A DNA stretch of 48,029 bases from Candidatus Krumholzibacteriia bacterium (GTDB taxonomy: Bacteria; Krumholzibacteriota; Krumholzibacteriia; LZORAL124-64-63), in assembly GCA_036351155.1 (NCBI GenBank), contig JAZBOO010000293.1:1-48029 (forward strand), given 5' to 3'. Position 1 is the stretch's first letter, and every line of letters starts with the position of its first letter. Position numbers and translations under genes: made by a program. This document shows, piece by piece, positions 44,170 through 48,029 of the stretch. The notes under the pieces were generated by a model. It ran no database searches and was not told the origin of the DNA. It saw only the letters and a list, made by a program, of their open reading frames with translations.

Positions 44170-46002
44170 ATGACCGCCCTGACCCGCCGTCTCCTGCTTC
44201 TGACCCTCCTGACCTGGAGCCTCACGGCCGCCGGTGTCACCCAGGCCGCAGATTTGACCGTCACCGCCACGCCCCAGGACAAGGCTGCCGTCATCGGACA
44301 GGACCTGGTCCTGCATATCGACGTGGCTCTGCCCCAGGGTACGGCTCTGGCCCTGGATCAGTTCCAGGTCGAGGTCGTCCATGGCGACGGCAGCCCTGTG
44401 TTCGATGAGCCCTACCCCCTGAAACCCCTGACGGGGCCCGTGGCCGGCAGCAATCCCGCCACCTACGCCGGGCAGGTCAAGCTGGAATGGGTGGCCACCG
44501 TTTTGACCGAAGCTTTGCCCAGCGAGGGCGACCTCGTGGTCAACGTCACCGCCGGCAGCGACCAGGGCACCTGGAGCGCGCCCTTCAAGGTCGATTTCGG
44601 GAGTGAATGGAACCAGACCAAGATCGCCTACTACCTCGAACACAAGGGGATGTTCCTGTTCCTGGTCCTGGTCTTCGGATTCGGCCTGCTGATGAGCCTT
44701 TCTCCCTGTATCTACCCCATGATCCCCATCACCCTGGCGGTGATCGGAGCCCAGCGCAAGGAAGGCACCGGCCTGCTCCAGGGACTGGGCCTGTCCCTGA
44801 CCTACGCCCTGGGTCTGGCTCTGGTTTATGCGGCCATCGGCTTCATCGCCACCACCCTGTTCAGCGGGATCACCGCTTTCATGCAGAGCGCCTGGGTCAT
44901 GGCTCCCCTGGCCGTGCTGTTCCTGGTTCTGTCCCTCAGCATGTTTGGCGCCTACACCCTGCAGGCTCCCGCCTGGCTCCAGAATCGTCTGGGGGGTCCG
45001 GGCGGTGGTGGGCGCAGCGGCCTGATCGGCGTGCTGCTGATGGGCATGGTGGCCGGTCTGGTGGCCTCCCCCTGCGTGGGACCGTTTCTGCAGGCCCTCC
45101 TGCTGTTCCTGATTACCCTGGGCAAGCCTCTGGTCTCCCTGCTCACCCTGTTCGTTTTCGGCGTGGGCATGAGCGCCTTGCTGGTGGCGGTGGGCACCTT
45201 CCCCTCCCTTCTGGCCCGGATGCCCCAGAGCGGCGGCTGGATGGAAACGGTCAACCGGAGCATGGGCCTCCTGCTGGTGGGTATGGCTTTCTACTTCCTC
45301 CGGCCCGGTTTCGTCCTGCCCCCGCAGGTATTCTGGCCGCTGGCCGGCGTGACCACCATCATCGTGGCTGTTTTCATGGGGGCTTTTGACCGCCAGGAGA
45401 GCACCGCCGGGTGGTGGGACCGCGTGCGCAAGGGGCTGGGGCTGTTCGCCTTCCTGGTGGGTCTGTATTTCCTGGCCGGATCCTTTGTCCAGAATGGTTT
45501 CATGATGGCCTCACCCTGGGCGGAAAAGGAACACAAGACCCCCACCGCCATGGTGGCGGTTCCGCAGACCGTGATGGCACAGGCGGCCCTGCCCGCGACC
45601 GCCACAGACACCCAGCCTCTGCCGGCCAAGGTCCCCTGGACCATTTTCAAGACCGGGGAGAACGTCCAGGCCGCCCTGGACGAGGCCCGCGCCCTGGCCC
45701 TCGCCGAAGGTAAACCGGTGATGATCGACTTCTGGGCCACCTGGTGTGTGTACTGCAAGAAGCTGGACAAGATGGTGTGGAACGTGCCCGAGGTGGTGGC
45801 CGAATCTCAGCGGTTCGTCACCATCAAGATCGACGCCACCAAGCCCGACGACGAGGAGATGACCGCCATCAAGGAACTGTTCAAGGTGGCCGGCCTGCCC
45901 CGAGTGGTGTTCATCGACAGTCGCGGCAAGATCCTGCACGGCCGCAGCACCGGTTTCCTGGAAGCTGCCGAGATGCTGGAGATCATGAAGGGTGTGCGCT
46001 AG
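44170..46002 (+). CDS. dsbD: DsbD/CcdA-family transmembrane electron transporter with C-terminal thioredoxin domain
   Basis: SLSPCIYPMIPI and ASPCVGP TM cysteines; PQSGGWM; GKPVMIDFWATWCVYC; the N-terminal periplasmic domain has no Cys. Confidence 0.85.
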   Translation: MTALTRRLLLLTLLTWSLTAAGVTQAADLTVTATPQDKAAVIGQDLVLHIDVALPQGTALALDQFQVEVVHGDGSPVFDEPYPLKPLTGPVAGSNPATYAGQVKLEWVATVLTEALPSEGDLVVNVTAGSDQGTWSAPFKVDFGSEWNQTKIAYYLEHKGMFLFLVLVFGFGLLMSLSPCIYPMIPITLAVIGAQRKEGTGLLQGLGLSLTYALGLALVYAAIGFIATTLFSGITAFMQSAWVMAPLAVLFLVLSLSMFGAYTLQAPAWLQNRLGGPGGGGRSGLIGVLLMGMVAGLVASPCVGPFLQALLLFLITLGKPLVSLLTLFVFGVGMSALLVAVGTFPSLLARMPQSGGWMETVNRSMGLLLVGMAFYFLRPGFVLPPQVFWPLAGVTTIIVAVFMGAFDRQESTAGWWDRVRKGLGLFAFLVGLYFLAGSFVQNGFMMASPWAEKEHKTPTAMVAVPQTVMAQAALPATATDTQPLPAKVPWTIFKTGENVQAALDEARALALAEGKPVMIDFWATWCVYCKKLDKMVWNVPEVVAESQRFVTIKIDATKPDDEEMTAIKELFKVAGLPRVVFIDSRGKILHGRSTGFLEAAEMLEIMKGVR

Positions 46003-46026
46003 CGTTCACCACTTCCCGCAAAAGAA

Positions 46027-46066
46027 GAAGGCCGCCGGCTCTGGAAGTCGGCGGCCTTCATTTTTT
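46027..46066 (+). terminator. Rho-independent terminator between convergent genes
   Basis: GAAGGCCGCCGGCT-ctgga-AGTCGGCGGCCTTC followed by aTTTTTT. Confidence 0.85.
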
Positions 46067-46080
46067 CTTCTCGCAGAAGA

Positions 46081-46869
46081 CTACTGGAAACGCACCTCGT
46101 TGCCATAGTCCATGTCGAACACTTTCAGAGGGCCCCCGAAACCGTTCTCGGTCAGCACCTCGGGCATTCCATCGCCATCGATATCCAGCAACTCGATGAA
46201 CTGATAAAAGGATTGCTCCTCCCACTCCACGCTGCCCGACACCGAGTCCAGCACCTTACCTGTGTTCAGGACCACCTCCACGCGTCCGTCCCCATCCACA
46301 TCTCCGCAACGGACCATGGTGGCCTCGTATTCATCGATGCTGGTCCAGTCCTTGTTGAAGGACACGCCATCGATGTAGACCAGACGGCGGTCAGCGATCA
46401 GTACGATTTCGTTGGGGGGATCTTCATCCATGCTGGCTGTGGTGAAGGCGGTGATCTTCTGATATTCGCTGGGCAGCGATTCCCACAGCAGGGTGTATCC
46501 GTCCATGTCCCAGACATACACCTTCCCGTTGCTGGTGCGGCACAGGATGGCGTCCTCCAGACCGTCGTTGTTCAGGTCGGCGGTGATCACCTCCTCGGGT
46601 ATACCGCTCAGCTGGTTACTCTTCCAGTCGCGCTGCGCACCGCGGGGCGTCATCTTGACCACCTGCACGGTGCCGAAGCGCTCGGCGATCACCAGGTACA
46701 TTCCGGTCTGGCCGTCCATGGGTTCGAACATGGCCACATGGTCCAGGCGATCAGCAGCCCAGGCCAGAGCTCGGTACTGTTCATAGGACAGCTCCTGCTG
46801 ACCGAACACGGAACCGGCGGCAATCAGCTGCAAGCAGACCAGGGCTCCAAGTAGAATTTTGCGCGTCAT
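46081..46869 (-). CDS. Secreted FG-GAP/VCBS-repeat protein
   Basis: Signal peptide; Ca-binding loop repeats DLNNDGLED, DVDGDGRVEV, DIDGDGMPEV; start at ATG 46869 after GAGG. Confidence 0.8.
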   Translation of the reverse strand: MTRKILLGALVCLQLIAAGSVFGQQELSYEQYRALAWAADRLDHVAMFEPMDGQTGMYLVIAERFGTVQVVKMTPRGAQRDWKSNQLSGIPEEVITADLNNDGLEDAILCRTSNGKVYVWDMDGYTLLWESLPSEYQKITAFTTASMDEDPPNEIVLIADRRLVYIDGVSFNKDWTSIDEYEATMVRCGDVDGDGRVEVVLNTGKVLDSVSGSVEWEEQSFYQFIELLDIDGDGMPEVLTENGFGGPLKVFDMDYGNEVRFQ

Positions 46870-47001
46870 GAAACACCTCAAGGTAGGCCGGTGGAGTGAT
46901 ACTCCGCCCCGGCGTCCGGCGATCAGGGTGACTGGAACACAGTATAGGACATGGAAGGATGGGGGTCACGGTTTGTTCCGGATTGATCCGGGGCGTGCCT
47001 G

Positions 47002-47685
47002 TCAAGGCAAGGCAAAGCCCAGCCCCGCCTGGAGCGACCAGTTGGAGAAATTGAAACCCTCGTTCTTGTAGTGCCGGTACTGAGCCTTGACGAAGGCCAG
47101 TGATTTCCGCTGGATGGTCCATTCCTGCCCGATCTCCAGCAGGAACGACCAGCCTTTCTGGAACCGCTCACTGGCACCGACCGGTAGCTCAACTTCGCTG
47201 GCTCCCAGACCGGCTCCCACGAACGGTGACGCGCCCGCCTGGAGTTCATCCAGGCTGTGCAGGTACCGGCGCAGGATCAGATCACCGCTGAAGATACGGT
47301 TCTCTCCCGACACCTTCTGATAATCGGCCTGAAGCAGCATGGCCGTGCGCCAGTCGTAGAGTGCGGTCAGGAACCGGGAGGCCCGACCGGGCCGAAATAG
47401 AATGGCTCCTCCGTACCCCAGCTGTCCCTGGTCGTAGTCGACGCCTCCCCCCAGGCCCAGGAATCCCACCAGGAATATCGGGTCATCCAGGGGCTGGTTC
47501 AAAACCCCGCGCGGCAAGGACAAACGCGGGTTTTCCGGGACAGAAGAGGTTTGCGCCAGGACACCACTCCCGACCATCAGGCTGACCAGAATCAAGCCAC
47601 ACAGGAGAGCTCCGCCCGGTGACCGTGCTGGGTGGACCTTTCGACCCTGTTTGCACAAGATGTTGACAGGATGCAAGTTACTCAT
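47002..47685 (-). CDS. Hypothetical small outer-membrane beta-barrel-like protein
   Basis: Signal-like hydrophobic segment; amphipathic strands (SPFVGAGLG, FVKAQYRHY, WSLQAGLGFALP). The true start is uncertain. Confidence 0.6.
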   Translation of the reverse strand: MSNLHPVNILCKQGRKVHPARSPGGALLCGLILVSLMVGSGVLAQTSSVPENPRLSLPRGVLNQPLDDPIFLVGFLGLGGGVDYDQGQLGYGGAILFRPGRASRFLTALYDWRTAMLLQADYQKVSGENRIFSGDLILRRYLHSLDELQAGASPFVGAGLGASEVELPVGASERFQKGWSFLLEIGQEWTIQRKSLAFVKAQYRHYKNEGFNFSNWSLQAGLGFALP

Positions 47686-47806
47686 TTCCGCCTTCGTTCG
47701 GGACAGGATGGGTTGGGGTCGGTCCTGTGTTCAGAGAATGGTAAAGCAATGGAAATGCCAAGGTGTTAAAATCACCCAAAACCCCAACCGGAGAATTTTC
47801 GTGCCC

Positions 47807-48029
47807 ATGAGCCAGATCAATTCCCCCGACAGCTACCTCACCCTCGGCGGTACAGGTGACGCCGAGATCAAGATCCAGCGGTCCCGTTTCGTGGCCTGGG
47901 CCGGCCCCGCCTGCGATGAGGAAGCTGCCCGCAGTTTCATCGCGGATCTGGCCCGGCGCTATCACGACAGCCGCCATGTTTGCTTTGCCTGGCGGCTGGG
48001 ACAGAACGGCTCCCCCACCGAGAACCGCA
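47807..48029 (+). CDS. yigZ: YigZ/IMPACT family protein, N-terminal part (truncated by the window edge)
   Basis: Manual translation: MSQINSPDSYLTLGGTGDAEIKIQRSRFVAWAGP...EEAARSFIADLARRYHDSRHVCFAWRLG, matching the EIK.SRF...H.C.A IMPACT signature. Confidence 0.85.
   Translation, partial: MSQINSPDSYLTLGGTGDAEIKIQRSRFVAWAGPACDEEAARSFIADLARRYHDSRHVCFAWRLGQNGSPTENR

Noticed and set aside
47678..47977. 99-aa minus-strand ORF
   Set aside because: Antisense to the yigZ N-terminus, which has clear family motifs.

Overview
GC-rich bacterial chromosomal window with no mobile elements, rRNA, tRNA or CRISPR. Several secreted proteins carry FlgD-Ig/T9SS-like C-terminal domains, and one ends in a '...IKALYR' tail. 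This suggests an FCB-related candidate lineage such as Krumholzibacteriota, Latescibacterota or Eisenbacteria (inference only). From left to right: groEL (truncated) and groES, with a CIRCE operator; a lipoprotein; a large gingipain-like (C25) secreted protein; and, divergent from it, a tightly coupled ~14 kb operon (8489-22782). That operon encodes a beta-helix protein, a second C25 protein, poly-gamma-glutamate synthase pgsB/pgsC, an extended PgsW-like protein, an outer-membrane beta-barrel, an LVIVD/FN3/SUMF1 lipoprotein and a DUF1624-like membrane acyltransferase. Next come a sigma-28-type-driven chemosensory operon (cheA-REC, cheW, heme-c MCP, cheB, cheR), housekeeping genes (valS, rodZ-like, uvrB, nadC, birA, coaX), a secreted IKALYR-tail protein and a PDZ-TM-GAF-PP2C phosphatase. 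The right end holds an unannotated 22-aa membrane peptide with its own sigma-28-like promoter, crcB, a TlpA/DsbD pair, an FG-GAP protein, a small barrel-like protein and the start of yigZ. The best candidate for an undescribed system is the diderm PGA synthesis, export and surface-anchoring locus. It lacks capA, capD and capE. It shares a novel repeated periplasmic domain between PgsW and the barrel, and it is flanked by two C25 proteins whose canonical catalytic His is replaced.
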